Shown: positions 24,332 to 38,687, counted from the first letter of the stretch. The stretch: DNA of 64,000 nucleotides from Mobula hypostoma (GCF_963921235.1 NC_086108.1:59026001-59090000); one strand, 5' to 3'. Made by a program: numbers and translations. Notes: a model not told the origin generated them from the letters alone.

Positions 24332-25209
24332 TTCATCTATACTGCATTGGTTCAGCTTAAAAATGAGCCCATGTAGATCTTCAACTATCTGAAAATATGT
24401 TCAATTGAGCTAACGCTTAACTACTTCCATATGTGAAATTAGACATTTTATTATTTTATTATTCTTACTTTATATATTTCAATAAGATTGCCACTCATTC
24501 CGTTGAATTCAAGGGAATTAGACTCAATCTGCTTAACCTATACAGTACAACAAACTGGTAGTATGTGAATCTTCAATCATTAATTTGTGTTTCTGCATTC
24601 TCAATTGTAATCCTGTAATTGAAGATCACATTGTAATCTTCCTTATTTGGGAGCAATTCTATGTATAATCATCCTGATGTAGCTCCTCCAGTGCTCTATA
24701 TAATCAGCAGAAGTCTCTATTCGTGTATTCACATTCTCTTGCAAGAAAGGCCAATATACCATTTGCTATGTTCACTTTCAGTGACTTGTGTGGAAGAACA
24801 ACCAGGTTGGCTTTTGTATTTTTCACCATTTAAATGTATTGTTCCTTATTACTTTTCCTACATCACATTTTTCCACATTCTAACAAGTCTATCTGCCATA
24901 GACTTGTTTATTCATTTGCCTCTCCACATCTCCCCAGAGCCTCAGTATAATCTCCTCATTGTACACACTGTTAGCTGGAATTGTGTTGTCAGCAGGCTCC
25001 TATATTCTATCTCTTTCGTTGAAGGTAGTCAATGTTCATCTAACAGTAGAGGTTGGTATTGCATTGTATCAAAAAAGACACATAGTACTCAGTTCTCAAA
25101 GGTATGTGCACATATGGTTAGAGATGTTTTGTGATAATTGACATAGGACAAATAGAGATCAATGAATGAAATTTGTCGAGAGGAAAGAGGGAAGCACATG
25201 TTTCTAAAC

Positions 25210-25865
25210 AACAGACTCACAGGTTGATAGGACAGTAAAGAAGGCATATGGCAGTCTTGCCACATTAGTTGCAGAAATGAGCTCTAGAGTAGGGGAGTTA
25301 CGTTGCAGCTTTATAAAACTCTGGTTAGGCTGTATCTGGAGTATTGCTTTCACTTCTGATTACCCCATTATAGGAAGGATGGAGAGGGTACAGAAGAAAT
25401 TTACCAGGGTTCTGCCTAGATTATAGGATATGTGCTATAACGAGAGGTTGGGCAGGCTTGGGTTGTTCCGTCTGGAGCAGCAGAGGCTGAAGGGAGATCT
25501 GATTGAGATCTATCAGATTGTGAGGGACATAGATAGAGTAAGGAGCTGATATCTTCTTCCCAGAGGTGAAATGTCTAATACTAGAGGGCATGTATTTAAG
25601 GTGAGAGGGGGTAAATTCAGGGGAGATGTGTAGGGCAATTCTTTTTTTACACAGAGAGCAGTGGGTGCCAGGAATATGTTGCCAAGGGTGGTTGTGTAGG
25701 CAAATACAAAAGAAGCAATCATGAGGCTATTAAACAGGCTCATGAATTTGCAGGAAATGGAAGAATTGAGATTAGTTTAAACTAATTAAATTAGATTACT
25801 AATTTAGTTAGATCAGCACAATATCAGACCATTCAGCCCATGTTCCTCTGCTGTAATGTTCTAAA
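25210..25865 (+). mobile_element. CR1 3' fragment
   Basis: LYKTLVR..LEYC..F..P.YRKD motifs in degenerate form and a 3' UTR. Confidence 0.75.
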
Positions 25866-25914
25866 TTTACTAGGCCATTGCTATGAGCGAGAAAAAGAAA
25901 CTGGAAAATTATTA

Positions 25915-26455
25915 CAGAAACACAAAAAACATAGAAACCTACAAAATAGGAGCAGCAGCATGCTATTCAGTTTTTAAGCCTATTCCACAATTCAGTATGA
26001 TTATGGTTAATCATGCAAATTCAGTGCCCAGTTCCAGCTTTCTCACTATATTCACTGATCTCTCTTGCCCTCAAAACAGTATTTAACTCTTAAAGAAATC
26101 TATTTAACAATTAGACTGGAATTGCTTCTTGTGGTAGAGAATTTAATGAGCTTTGCACACTCTTGGAAAAGAAATTTCCCCTTATCTCGATCTTACTGAT
26201 GCTCCATTACCCACAGTTTGTCCTAGACTCCTGAACATTCTTTCTGCATCTAATCTTTCAGTACTGTCAAGTATCTGTGAGACCTCCTTTCCTTCTAAAC
26301 TCTAATATATATAAGCTTAATTGACCCAATCTCTCCTCGCATGTCATTCCTGATATACCCAGAATCAGTCTGGTGAACCTTCCCTGAAATCCCTTCCTAT
26401 CAAAAACAAGCTTCCAAAGATAAGGAGAACAAAGTTACACACATTGAGATGCGGG
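25915..26455 (-). mobile_element. Old CR1 3' fragment
   Basis: Reverse complement of the CR1 tail (aacatagaaa) and of the RT C-terminus. Confidence 0.55.
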
Positions 26456-27106
26456 GCTACAGCCATCTTTTGCTGCCTGGGAACTCAGTACATGACAGCA
26501 TTTCTGACTTGCTAACTGTCCAGGCTGTGAACTATTCACAGGAGTGGAACTTGATAGGACCTGTAAGGAGATAGTTGAACAAATGACTTTGGTTGAAATG
26601 CTAGATACTGAGGACTATCTTAAAGGAAAGAGAGGCAGAGAAGCAGAGAGATGCAAGGAAAGAATTTTAAATTATGCACGCGAAATGAATCACTAATTGA
26701 TGTGAATTTCTTTCTGAGCTGAGCAGTGTAACATTAAGCTGCCATACTCAATGCTCTCAAAACTGCACTGATGCAAAAACAATGGATCTAATATAATTGT
26801 GCCATGGGCTAATTCAGAGTTGAAAGGATTAAAACATGAAAGCAAAGGAAGTAACATTTAAAAAAAATGATGCAGATCAGAATTAAACACAGAAAATTCA
26901 TTTCTGAAGAGTACATGGCAAATGTGCTGCCCACACCTTAGAGAAATTAATGACTTGATTGACTAATTCCAGTTTCTCCCTCGATGTGAACTTTTTTATT
27001 TTCACGTTGCAAGACCTGTGGTAAGTTTCCATTATATTCTGTTTTCAGCAAAAACACTAAAATCCAGAAGTTGAAGTTTTACGTATACTTTTTAAAGGCA
27101 ACTTAC

Positions 27107-27241
27107 AATTCACTGTAATACGAACTGTTCGTGTATCTGAAATTGACACATCATTGTTTGCGATACATTCATAGACTCCAGCTTGGTTCCGAGTAATGCC
27201 AGAAATCTCGAGGTATTCACCTTCGCTGATAAAATCTTTTG
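27107..27241 (-). CDS. IgLON-family cell adhesion protein, next coding exon (second half of Ig domain 2)
   Basis: 135-bp exon absent from the ORF track. Acceptor tttttacatttcag|CAAAAGAT, donor GTGAATT|gtaagt, phase 1-1, in frame with exon 43686-43811. Translates (A)[44 protein letters not shown] with the Ig G-x-Y-x-C motif, matching IgLON YLEI.GITR.Q.G.YEC.A.NDV. Confidence 0.93.
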
Positions 27242-27974
27242 CTGAAATGTAAAAACAAATTTAAAAGATCAAAATATGTTTGGCTACAAGATTTATAATT
27301 TGAGATTAATACTTTGTGAGATATATTTTGATAAAATCATTTAAAATAACTCATATTCATGCATCGAGGAAAGCCAGACAGGTGACCTTTTGAAAAGAAA
27401 AACTAGTATTTAAATGTCGCAGACCAGGTCTGTATAATCATGATCCCTGTAACTGTTCCTGTACATATCTTTGAAACCTTGCACATACAGACCAGACTGC
27501 AACTATTCCTGTAATAGAGTTCAGTGACCCTTCAACAACGAGGATTTATTCCACCTTTAGAAATTTTTACATCAGGTAATCTGACATCAATGAAATGCAC
27601 TGAGAGGGAAACAGCTTTTCTTGTCTCAGGAACGCTAATATTAACTGGTTTTGTTTACTACATACGTACAAAGAAATGAAATACAGAAGTTCAATACAAT
27701 TACCTTTTTAAGCTTCTTAATCCATACGTAAAATATAGTAAAGGGACATCTTCATGGTTACTTTTTAAATTAATATCAGAAATATAACAAATACAATCGA
27801 ACTTCAGTCACTAGCTTGAGTAAATGTATTTAATCTTCGTCACTAGTACAGGAAGATCAATGTAATGGCCACCGTTCCAGCCTGTATTGAAGCTCAAGCT
27901 GCCTGCTGGAATGTAATTGGCATTTTATGATGAAGACCAATTAGTCTTCGATAATTTCTGCCTTATCAGATACG

Positions 27975-28143
27975 ATAGGGTCTTTTAAGAGATTCCTGGA
28001 TAGGTACATGGAGCTTAGAAAAATAGAGGGCTATGGGTAACCCTAGGTAATTTCTAAAGTAAGTACATGTTCAGCACAGCATTGTGGGCTGAAAGGTCTG
28101 TATTGTGCTGTAGGTTTTCTACGTTTCTATGTTTCTATGTTCT
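27975..28143 (+). mobile_element. CR1 3' UTR fragment
   Basis: ggataggtacatgg...cagcattgtgggctgaaagg and a (gtttctat)n tail. Confidence 0.7.
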
Positions 28144-28489
28144 AGTCTACACCCATTACTGTATGAATACTGATATAGATAAATAAAGGAGAGTGCAGAT
28201 TAAAAAATGCTTTCCTTTAACCATTATAAAACAGAATTTTAGGGTGTGCACTTTAAAAATCCTTGATCAAGACTCAGCCTTAATGGTTGTCTTCAACTTC
28301 TAGGTGGTTGGGTGGATGAATCACAGTTGTTTAACAGGAACATAAACAGGTGAATGACGAGGATGCTTCCATTCATCAAATTTTGCCTGGAAGTTTAGAA
28401 CTGCTTTTCTTATACAGTGTTTTAACCACAATGGGAGATTAACATAAATGTTTAAAAAGTTAGTTATAACAGGATATGGGGACAGCTTC

Positions 28490-31400
28490 TGTGACAGCAA
28501 TGGGTCACTACAGTGAAAAAGAGTTTTGACCGGCAACCAGTCGGCGTTTGGGATTGATTAGCAAAAGCAAGTTAAAGGAAGACAGGGGTAAGCAGAGAGG
28601 CCTTCGTCGCAGCGGCCATCATCTGAGTGGTGATCTTGAGGCTTAGCTTTCCGAGGCTTCAGTCAGAGAAATCAAAGAAAAGAAAAACTCTAGGTTAAAT
28701 TTTTTTCCCTTCCGTTCTTTATATCTATTCAGCTAGGACAAATGCCAGACTAGGTAGTTGAATGCTTCTTTTGCGAGATGTGGGAAGGCAGGGAGACCTC
28801 CAGTGTCCCTGATGACTACAACTGCAAGAAGTGCATCCAGCTGCAGCTTCTAACAATCCACGTTAATGAGTTGGAGCTGGAAATGGATGAACTCTGGATC
28901 ATCTGGAAGGCTGAAGGAATAATAGATAGGACGTATAGAGAGGTAGTTACACCCAAAGGGCAGGAGACAGAAAACTGGGTGACAGTTGAGGAAGGGTAAA
29001 GGGGTTAAGGAGCTAGTGTAGAGTACCCCGATGGATACTGTCAGGGGAGTTGACCTAACAGAGGAAAGTCACAGTGGTCGGGCATCTGGCACTGAGTCTG
29101 CCTCTGTGACTCAGAAGGGAAGGGTGGAGAAGAGGCACACTGTGGTGATAGGGGATTCGTTAGTTAAGGGAATGGACAGGAGGTATTGTGGATGAGAACA
29201 AGGTTCCAAGATGATGCCTCCTGGGTGCTAGGGTCCAGGATATCTTGGACTGAGTCCACAGCATTTTTAAGAGGGAGGGTGAGCAGCCAGAAGTCGTGGT
29301 CTATGTAGGTACCAATGAAATGGATAGGATGAGTGATACAGTTCTGCATAAGGAGCTCAGGGAGTTAGGTGCTAAGTTAAAGAGTATAATAAGAGAAAGA
29401 GAAATAAGTATTTTGCATCAGTCTTTATTGTGGAAGACACTAGTAGTATGGCAGAAGTTCCAGATATCAGGGGTCATGAAGTGTGTGAAGTTACCACAGC
29501 TAGACAGAAGGTTCTTGGGAAACTGAATGGTCTGAAGGTACTTAAGTCACCTGGAAAAGCTGGTATACACCCCAGTGTTCTGAAAGAGGTGATTGAAGAG
29601 ATTGTGGAGGAATTAGTAATGGTCTTTCAAGAATCACTAGATTCCAAAATAGTTCTGGAAGACTGGAAAGTTGCAAATGTCACTCCACTTTTCAAGAACA
29701 GAGAGAGGCAGAAGAAAGGAAACTACAGGCCAGGTAGTTTGATGTCAGTGTTTGGGAAGATGTTGGAGTCAATTATTAAGGATTAAGGCTCAGGATACTT
29801 GGAGGCACGTGATGAAATAGGCCATAGTCAGCATGGTTTCCTCAAGGGAAACTCTTGGCTGACAAATCTTCTGGAATTCTTTGATGAAATAACAAACAGG
29901 GTAGACAAAATGGAATCAGTTTATGTTGTGTACTTGGATTTTCAGAAGGCCTTTGACAAAGTGCCACACATGAGGCTGCTTAACATGTTATGAACCCATG
30001 GTATTACAGGAAAGATTTTAGCATGGAGCAGGACCTTCAGGGTTGTGACCTCAGGATTGCTTCACATGTGACCTGCTCATGAGGCCAGAACTAGGAAGAT
30101 TATACAGTTTAACACATGGCTAAGGAGCTGGTGTAGGAAGGAGGGCATCATTGGGCTCTCTTCCAGGGAAGGTGGGATCTGTACAGAAGGGACAGTTTTC
30201 ACCTGAACTGGAGGGGGACTAATATCCTAGTGGGAAGGTTTGTTAATTCTGCACAGTGGGGTTTAAACTGGAGTTGCAAGGGAGATGGGAACCAGAATGC
30301 CAGAACAGTTAGTGGAGAAATTGTGGCGGCAGATGTTGGTAAGACCTCAGACAATGTTAGGAATCAAAAGGTTGAACATGATGCGACTAATATCCTGAGC
30401 TGTGTATATTTCAATGCAAGAAGTATCATGGAAAGATGGATGATAGTGCTGAAGATGATGTAGCTGGTTTACAAACAGAGGCAATGTGTAGTGAGGAGAG
30501 GCTGTTGTTAGGGCAAAGTTGCAGTCAACAGGATGAATTGCAATGTAAAAGGTGGACAAAATTGAAAAGGATGAATACAGGACTGAAGGTGTTGTATCTG
30601 AATGCACACAATATGCGGAATAAGGTAGATGAAGCTGCAGCACAGTAACAGATTGGCAGGTATGATCATGGCTGAACGAAGATTATAGCTGGGAGCTTCA
30701 TGTCCAAGGACACACATTATATCAAAAGGACAGGCAGGAAGGCAGAGGAGGTTGTGTTGCACTGTTGGTAAAAAATAATCAAATAATTAGAAAGAGGTTA
30801 CATGGGTTTGGAAGGTGTTGCCACGTTGTGGATAGAGCTAAGGAACGGCAAGGGTAAAATGACCCTGATGGGAATTGTATACTGACCCCCAGACAATAGT
30901 AAGGATGTGGTCTACAAATTACAATGGGAGATAGAAAATGCATGCCAAAACGGCAATACTGCAAGAGTACAGTCGACGTTTTAGGCCAAGTCCTGATGAA
31001 GAGTCTTGGTCTGAAATGTTGACTATAGTCTTTTCCATAGATGCTGCCTGGTCTGCTGAGTTCTTCCAGTATTTTATGTGTGTGTTGCTTGGATTTCCAG
31101 CATCTGCAGATTTTCTCCTGTTTGTAAACGTTACAATAGTCATGGAGGATTTCAAAATGAAGGTAGATTAGGATGGATAAAGCAGTGGCTGATTGGCAGG
31201 AGGCAAAGAGTGGGAATAAAGGGAGCCTTTTCTTGTTGGCTGCCAGTGACTAGTGGTGTTCCACAGGGGTCTGCTTTGGGACCATTTTTTTTACATTATG
31301 TCCATGATTTGGATGATGGAATTGATGGCTTTGTTGCCAAGTTTACAGATGGTATGAAGATAGGTGGAGGAGCAAGTGGTTCTGTGGAAGTACAGAGGCT

Positions 31401-32195
31401 ACAGAAGTACTTAGACAGATTAGGAGAAAGGGCAAAGAAATGGCAGATTGAATACAGTGTTAGGTAGTGTATGGTCATGCACTTTAGTAGAAAAAATGAA
31501 AGAGTTGACTATTTTCTCAATGGCGAGAAAATACAAAAAAAGTTGAAGTGCAACGGGACTTGGGAGTCCTTGTGCAGAATTCCCTAGAGGATAATTTGCA
31601 GGTTGAGTCTGTGGTGAGGAAGGTAAATGCAATGCTGGCATTCATTTCAAGAGGACTAGAATATAAAAGCAGGGATGTACTGTTGAGACTTTATAAAGCA
31701 CTGGTGAGGCCTCACTTGGAGTATTGTGAGCAGTTTCAGGCCCCTTATCTTCGAAAGGATGTGCAGAAACTGGAGATTGTTAAAAGGAGGATCATGGAAA
31801 TGATTCCAGGATTGAATGGCTTGTCATACAAAGAACGTTTGATGGCTCTGGTGCCATACTCACTGGAATTAAGAAGAATGAGGGTTGGCCTCATTGAAAT
31901 GTAACAAATGGTGAAAGGCCTTGATAGGGTGGATGTGGAGAGGTTATTTCCTATGGTGGGAGAGTCTAAGACCAGAGGACACAGCCTCAGAATAGAGGGG
32001 ATAAGGAGAAATTTCTTTAGCCAGAGAGTGGTGAACCTGTGGAAATCATTGCCACAGGCAGCTGTGGAGGTTAAGTCTTTATGTATATTTAAGGCAGAGG
32101 TTAATAGATTCTTGATTGATCAGATCATGAAGGGATATAGGGCTGAGAGGAAAATTGGAACAGCCATGAGGAAATGGCAGGGCAGACTCAATGGG
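28490..32195 (+). mobile_element. Rearranged CR1 LINE with ORF1 (Cys motif plus SGNH esterase), endonuclease and RT segments out of order
   Basis: ORF1 MWE.RETSSVPDDYNCKKCIQLQLL and VVIGDSLV / VYVGTNE (GDSL blocks); RT segments at about 29400-30025 and 31170-32190; endonuclease LKVLYLNAHNMRNKVDE at about 30580. Confidence 0.9.
30958..31126 (+). mobile_element. Penelope terminal-repeat unit with short 5' inversion, nested in the CR1 endonuclease region
   Basis: Inverted piece aagagtacagtcgacgttttaggcc, then agtc-CTGATGA-agagtcttggtct-GAAA-tgtt-gact and the family 3' end. Confidence 0.8.
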
Positions 32196-33074
32196 CACTC
32201 TTCCAGCGGCCCTGGGAAGGAAAGAAAACTTACTTGACTTGTTGAGTGTTCCAGCGATAATTGTCTTTATTTCAGAAGCTCAACCCCAATGGCCCAGAAA
32301 TTCTTAGAAGAAGATAGCCAATTGTGCTTGCTGCTTGCTGCTTCCCTAACTGCAATGTCAGTACTTACCTGGTAAGGATTTGTGAGCCTCAATGTGACCC
32401 ACAGAACCTACATGACCTCGAGAAATGGTAAGTTCCACTCACAGAAATGGACTGACTGCTCACTAAGTCGCACATATCCACTAAGTGTCAAGCCTACCAA
32501 TCAAATGAATGCTTCTGAATATCTTTAACATTTACTAAGATATAAAACGCTATTGCAAAACAATGATGCTACAATCTTTTAAAGAAAATCACAAATACAC
32601 CACAAATCAACACAACATATTTAAGTTAACTAAGTTAATTCAAGTTGGTGTGAATTACAGTTGACTATCCATTTACCTTCTCAACCAGTTCTTCCTAATG
32701 TAATGATTATGCAAACAATATCAACCACTGAGAAACTGCCAGAAGACAACATTCTGCTCCTGGCCTCCATGAACAGTCCAATGTGAGAGAACAGTCAGAT
32801 ATTAAGTGGGAAGGATCAAGCAAATTTCAGGATTTCCATGTCACAAACAGAATTGCTGCTGTTTCTCAGTAATTTCTGGTTCATTGTGCCTTTTCCCCGA
32901 GCATTAGTACAATGTTATCCAAAAGCAATTGCTGATTAGACATGGACTAATGGACACAGACTGATTAGATACAGACTTATGGCTTTATTTCCTTAGGACT
33001 AATTTTAATTCCTTTCTCTTCTTCAGCAGTTCATCTGGAATGAGTATGACTTGGATTAACTTTCAGTATGCTCG

Positions 33075-33155
33075 CAGAAAAAAAAAACATGGTTGTATGT
33101 GGTGACATGTATGTACTCTGATAATAAATTTACTTTGAACTTTTGTAATTTGAAC
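33075..33155 (+). repeat. Short retroposon 3' tail with (actttga)n end; related copies at about 35215-35388 (+) and about 37555-37740 (-)
   Basis: Shared ggttgtata..tactttgataataaa.tactttgaacttt motif. Confidence 0.55.
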
Positions 33156-35459
33156 TGTGGTAGGTGCTTTGTGGAACCTGCAGAAATACCACTATTGGCA
33201 CATGGTGGATGAGTGGATGGTCTCCGAGTCAGTGTGTTACTTCCACCATTTACACAGAGCAACAAATTGATTTGCTGTTTTTAAAGCCGATTTTGAATGG
33301 CTGTGGTCCAGGGATACCAGCAGACAGTGGAAATGTTGGAGTTCTTCTTCCACCTGATAATCTCTTGTCTTGGTAGAGCTTGGAATAAATCACCGGCTTC
33401 TGGAGATTGCTATCAGGTATTCAAGCAATTTAGCCTGCCCAATGAAGCAACCATAATTATTGCCTTAATAGTGGGGATGTTGGCCTGGGAAAGAATACTC
33501 AAGGTTGACTCACTAAATGTGTCAGTGGATCTAGAGAAATTTGTTAAGCAACATTGGTGGTACCTCTCCATACAGTGAGACACCCACTGGAGGTATTCCA
33601 TGTTCAGAAACATATAGAACAATGAGAATCTTTGTGTCTGGGATTCTGATCTGGATCAGATGACAAAAAGCTGTGCTGGGACATTAATGGTGATGATGAA
33701 TTTCATCATCAATGTCTATATTTATAAAGAGCAGGCTCAGAAGCAACAGGAAATACTCCCAGTATTCCATCATCTGATCATAGGTTACAATTATGCCTTC
33801 TCTAATTGAAGGGTTCTTTAAAGTGATGCTTCTGGCGAGCACTGACTCCCATTGTATCCCCAATAAACTTTATCATCCTCTAGCCCTTGAGCACAAACTC
33901 AGCATGTTGCAGTCATTGTTACACACAGTCCATGACCAGAAGCTGCATTTTGGCCCCTGACCTCGAAAGAGCCCTGATCCTGAACAATATTGTTTTAAAT
34001 GATCAGATAAAACTCTTCAAGTGTTTTCTTAATTAGGGACACAAATTGTTTGCTAATTTGTTTTAGTTTCGCCCTTATGTAAGAAGATGTATTTTGTTGG
34101 ACACTATTAAAAGTAGTGCAATGTTTGCAATCTTGATAGGTTTCCCTTTATTTCCTTCTTTATGTTCATGCTTTATATTCCATTTTACTTGATCTAGCAA
34201 GCTGATGTGAAACGCTTGTATCTCCAAAATATTTGTTAAACATTGCATCGATCCCTCCATTGTAAAGAAGGTGGTATTTCAATGGCATGACAGATCAAAC
34301 TCATCACTGAGAGGTTCTGTGAATTGAAAGATTGCATGGAACAAATGCTGAGATTTGCTTCTGCAATTATACAATGATAATTACATACAATCACTGTGCA
34401 AATGCATTGTGCTCCAATCTTTGACATGAAGGGCTCAGATGGAAATTCAGCTTGACAGTCTGTGCACTTTTGGTGAAAATTTTTCACAGATGGATCCTGA
34501 ATTCTGCCTCCACATCCATTATTCTGCACCTCAAAAATACATAAAACAATATTGAATTTCTCCCACTGCACTTGGTCGAGGCACTTTTTATCCTCCTTAA
34601 TGTTTAATGTGGTATTACATCAGATTGTGATGCTCCTGCCTTAATTACTCTTAATTATTCAAACTAAGAACAAACACAGATCTTGATGCAACAGGTATTT
34701 TACAGTTTACTTAAACTCATTATTTATGCAATTTCTTCCATTAAGCTCATTACTGGAATTATGCCAGATCTCTCCTGTGTCTTAAAGCATGCTTTTCTAA
34801 AAATTGAAACAACTAACACAATATAGTTTTGAAGTCAAATTTAAGTAAATTTGTATTACATGTAAATTGCTAAATAGGCAAGAAAAAGCTTTGTGTGAGA
34901 GTAATTATTTCTTCAAATGCACTTCCAATAGCAAGTTAGAAGCATGTGCAAACATTAAGGTGAACATGAATATATTTTCTAATGTTGATCTAGGGACAAA
35001 CAGGTTAGGAGTTCAACAAAAGTAGCCAGGATGAAAAATTTATTTTGTGCCACATGACATGGAAAACATTACTTAGTGACTCATATTTTAGTTATTGCAT
35101 ACAGCAACTACAAAACACATGTTCAGTTAATTACACTGGATGTGAATCCCACTACTCAAACGTATTAAGACCTTCGTTATAAATAATACAATAACATGGT
35201 TTAGGCCAATGTTCTGGGACACAGCACACTTTGCATGATTTGTTTTTTTCTGCACATTGTTTGTTTGACGGTCTTTTTTAAATGGGTTCTATTGGGTTTC
35301 TTTGTTATGTGACTACTTGTAAAAAGACGAATCTGAAGGTTGTATAGAGTATATATACTTTGATGATAAATGTACTTTGAACTTTGATTAGCGGAGTAGT
35401 ACTGCTCTTACAGCAAGGACGGACATCTGTCACACTTGCTTGACATGACAGCTGTGCAT

Positions 35460-35775
35460 TTTTCAGTTCTCTTTCCCACAATCTAAATGTCTCTCCTTCT
35501 GATCTTGATTGTCTATCCTTCCTCACTCATTCAAAATTCCTCTCTTCAATCTGAACCTCTGAGTTCTCCATCTCAGTCTAATCTCCACCTCCTCCCAATT
35601 CAGATGCTCCTTTCTCCATTCTCATCCTCTAGTCCCCTATCCTCTTTCTCTGATATGTCTCTCCTCTCTCCCATTTCCTGTCTTTCCCCTTCAAGTCCCT
35701 TCCCCTTTCCTGTTTGAACATTTGTCTGCTATCCCTCCACCTCCCTGCTCCTTCATCTGCAATCTCCATCTTTCG
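35460..35775. repeat. Pyrimidine-rich low-complexity tract
   Basis: About 300 bp strongly C/T-biased on the plus strand. Confidence 0.7.
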
Positions 35776-36759
35776 TCCAATCTAGCAGCAAGGAACCAGA
35801 TGGAAAATAATTAACTTTAAAGTAAATCTTCAGAACTTTATATAAAACCTGATTACAATGACAGAAATAGACACTAAAAACATACAAGGGAGATGTAATA
35901 ACCTTGGAACAAAGTGCAAAAACACAAAACAAAACTAGGATGTCTTCTCCATGTGATATTTAATGTGCCTGTCTCTTTTGCAGCTCACTGGAGGATGTTC
36001 AGACTCCCCAGAAGTGTGTGCTCATACAGAAAGACTTTTTTTTGTCAGCCCTCAATATTGACACTGACAGCTCAACCAGAGGGCTGTTGAACTATCAATC
36101 CCATGAAACAAAGCACTGTTTGCTTGGTAAAATAATATCTTATTTAAGGAATGGATACAAATAGCTCTCGCCAATAACTACTAATGACCAGACAATTCAT
36201 GCCCAAATCACAAACAATTTTTCTCACTCAATAATTATTCCATGCAGTAGTTTAACAAAGCAAATGATGCTTACAGCTCCAGAACATCAGAAGAAAGTCG
36301 TCAATAACTTGCAAAGGGCAAATAGTCTGTAGGTGTATAAATAAATAGTGTATAACAATAAAACCCAGCAAGTTACTTTTGCTACTTTAAATTGTGTTCT
36401 GCATTAATGGAACTAGCAGCTGTATGTATATTTAAATGAATCTTTTGTTCTATTGGTCCGGTATTCTAAGAGATTAATCCAAACTTTTCATGTGCAGTTC
36501 TATTTTGTTTTCCTAGTTATGGACACGATATATTTTTGTTTTGTGTTTTTGCATTCCATTACAAAGTTGTTATACAGTATCTCCCTTTAGTTTCTGTTTC
36601 TCTTCGCTTAATTAGTTTTATAAGAAGTTCTGAAGATTTACTCTAAAGTGTTTTTTTTTTGTGAATAGTATTCAGGAGAAGGAGAAAGGTGTAGAAAGAG
36701 GTGGGAGATCAGCAAAAGGCTGTTAGAGATATAAGGGAGAAAGGGAGTACAGAGATGGA

Positions 36760-36890
36760 CCACAAAAGATTCTGCAGGAAATCTGGAGCAACACACACAA
36801 AATGCCGGAGGAACTCAGCAGGTCAGGCAGCGTTTATGAAGAAGAATAAACAGTTGACCATCTGGGCCGAGACTCTTCATCAGGACTCAA
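36760..36890 (-). mobile_element. Penelope terminal-repeat unit (decayed hammerhead)
   Basis: caacacacacaaaatgccggaggaactcagcagg...gggccgagactcttcatcaggac. Confidence 0.75.
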
Positions 36891-38687
36891 CTTCTGTCTC
36901 TTCATACTGGAAAGGAGTATCTGAGGAATTGCTGAGAGCATTTGAAATGAAGTGAAGAGATGGCAAAGAAACACAGTGAAGGTATAGTGGTCATCTGTAG
37001 TCGAGAAGCTGCGAGAATGACACACTTGTAGAAGGCATGAACAAGCTTTAACAATAATAGTATAAAGCATACAAATCTGGGAATATACAAAATATGGAAC
37101 AGTAATTCCCTTTCATCAAACTCTAGCAGATGGTAGAGAGAAAAAAAATTGCCAGCTGGAGCTAGGCTTCTCACCACAACATCATCAGTCTAGGGAGAGA
37201 GAAGAGCAATTGTTATCAGTAGAGCATAAATTCTTGACAATGATGTGACCAATCAAAAAACCCACAAGATTTCAATATTTTACAAGTCACTTTCCCATAT
37301 CAGTGAGGATCAAGAACAAGTGGCAACCTCACATTAGATCATGTACTAAATCACATAGTGAAATTCTCTAAATTTAAAGTCACACATTTTGTCTATATTT
37401 GAATATTTGCATTGCAGATATGTGTCAACAAATAGAATTGGAAAATCCACAGCAGTATAGTATCACTATTAGTAGGTGTACAGACCACCTTCACATCACA
37501 GGGATCAGGTGAGTGAGGCCAGCAGACAACTGAAGGATGGGAAGTCATGAGAATGGTTTGAAGTACAAAGTAAATTTAATATCAAAGTAGATATATGCTA
37601 TCGTACACTACTTTGACATTTATTTTCTTGCAGGCATTTACAGGGAAAAAAGAAATGTAATAAAATTTCTCAAAAAAATATATATAAGAAGACAAAGACT
37701 GGCAAACAACCAATGTGCAAAAGAAGACAAACTAATAAAAAATCTTGAGAACAAGAGTTCTTGATTGCTGAGTTTGTAGATTGTAGAATCAGTTCAAGAT
37801 AGTGGTGATTAAAGTCACCACTAGGTCTTATGAGAGACCAGAAAATTCTTGTAGGATCAGGAAAGGAGAAAAGATGGCAGAATGTTGAGGGATCAGGAGA
37901 GTAGTGAGGTCGACAGTCTTTTGAAGTAGAAACGGATATTGGCAGCAAATAGTGGGTGTCATGGGGTCAGGCATCATAAATTGTAATTCAAGGTGTGGGC
38001 AAAAGATTATTGCTGTTGCACTTGGGGAGGTGAGCAGGTGGAGAGATCCCAATGATGTGGGGAGGAACTTTATCACATTGCAAGCCTCCCAGTTTTACAG
38101 TGCAATATGTAGACCATATTATGCCAGAATTAACAGCCCAGAAAACCATAGTCCAAGATTCTGGTCAGTGCAAAAGGAGAATGGTGCATGGAATGCTATC
38201 ATCCAGTGCACATAAACTGGTGAAAGGCTAAAACATGGCCATGTATTTTCAAGATTAGCAAGTGACACAGCATGACCCAGAAATAATTAGACCATAAGCT
38301 ATAGGAGCAGAAGTAGGTCATTTGGCCCATCGAGTCTGCTCCGCAATTGTTAATTGTTACTGTCTTTTAATTTGGAAACAATTTTGATTTTGAATTGCAT
38401 AACCATAAAAAGTGTTGAGTAAATGCATCGCTATGCAGTAGTTATTAACTATGTTTGTGATGTACTAAATATCCTACACAATGTAATAGTTGGTGTCTGA
38501 CCATTCTTCAGTATAAGAAAACTACAAACATAAGAAAGTGTCAATTTTCAAACCTTAAACAAAGGGACAACAACCTTGTGTTGTCTGATTTTTATACCAC
38601 TGTAAATCTATAAAACTATAAAATCATTCCAAATACATTGTACAATCAAGATATTGTGTAATTATGTGTTGTCTGATTGGATAGGTT

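Noticed and set aside
24661..25134. 157-aa plus-strand ORF
   Set aside because: No recognisable motifs; appears to be the antisense of very old CR1 sequence.
1..27106. Downstream IgLON exons (Ig3, YPP.I...CEA.AVP)
   Set aside because: Not found by eye; probably beyond the window, though a diverged exon could have been missed.
27925..27955. Hairpin tgatgaagac-caatta-gtcttcgata as a hammerhead
   Set aside because: Lacks the leading C and the GAAA box, and has no stem I.
35487..35717. Ser/Pro-rich ORF
   Set aside because: Artefact of the pyrimidine-rich tract.
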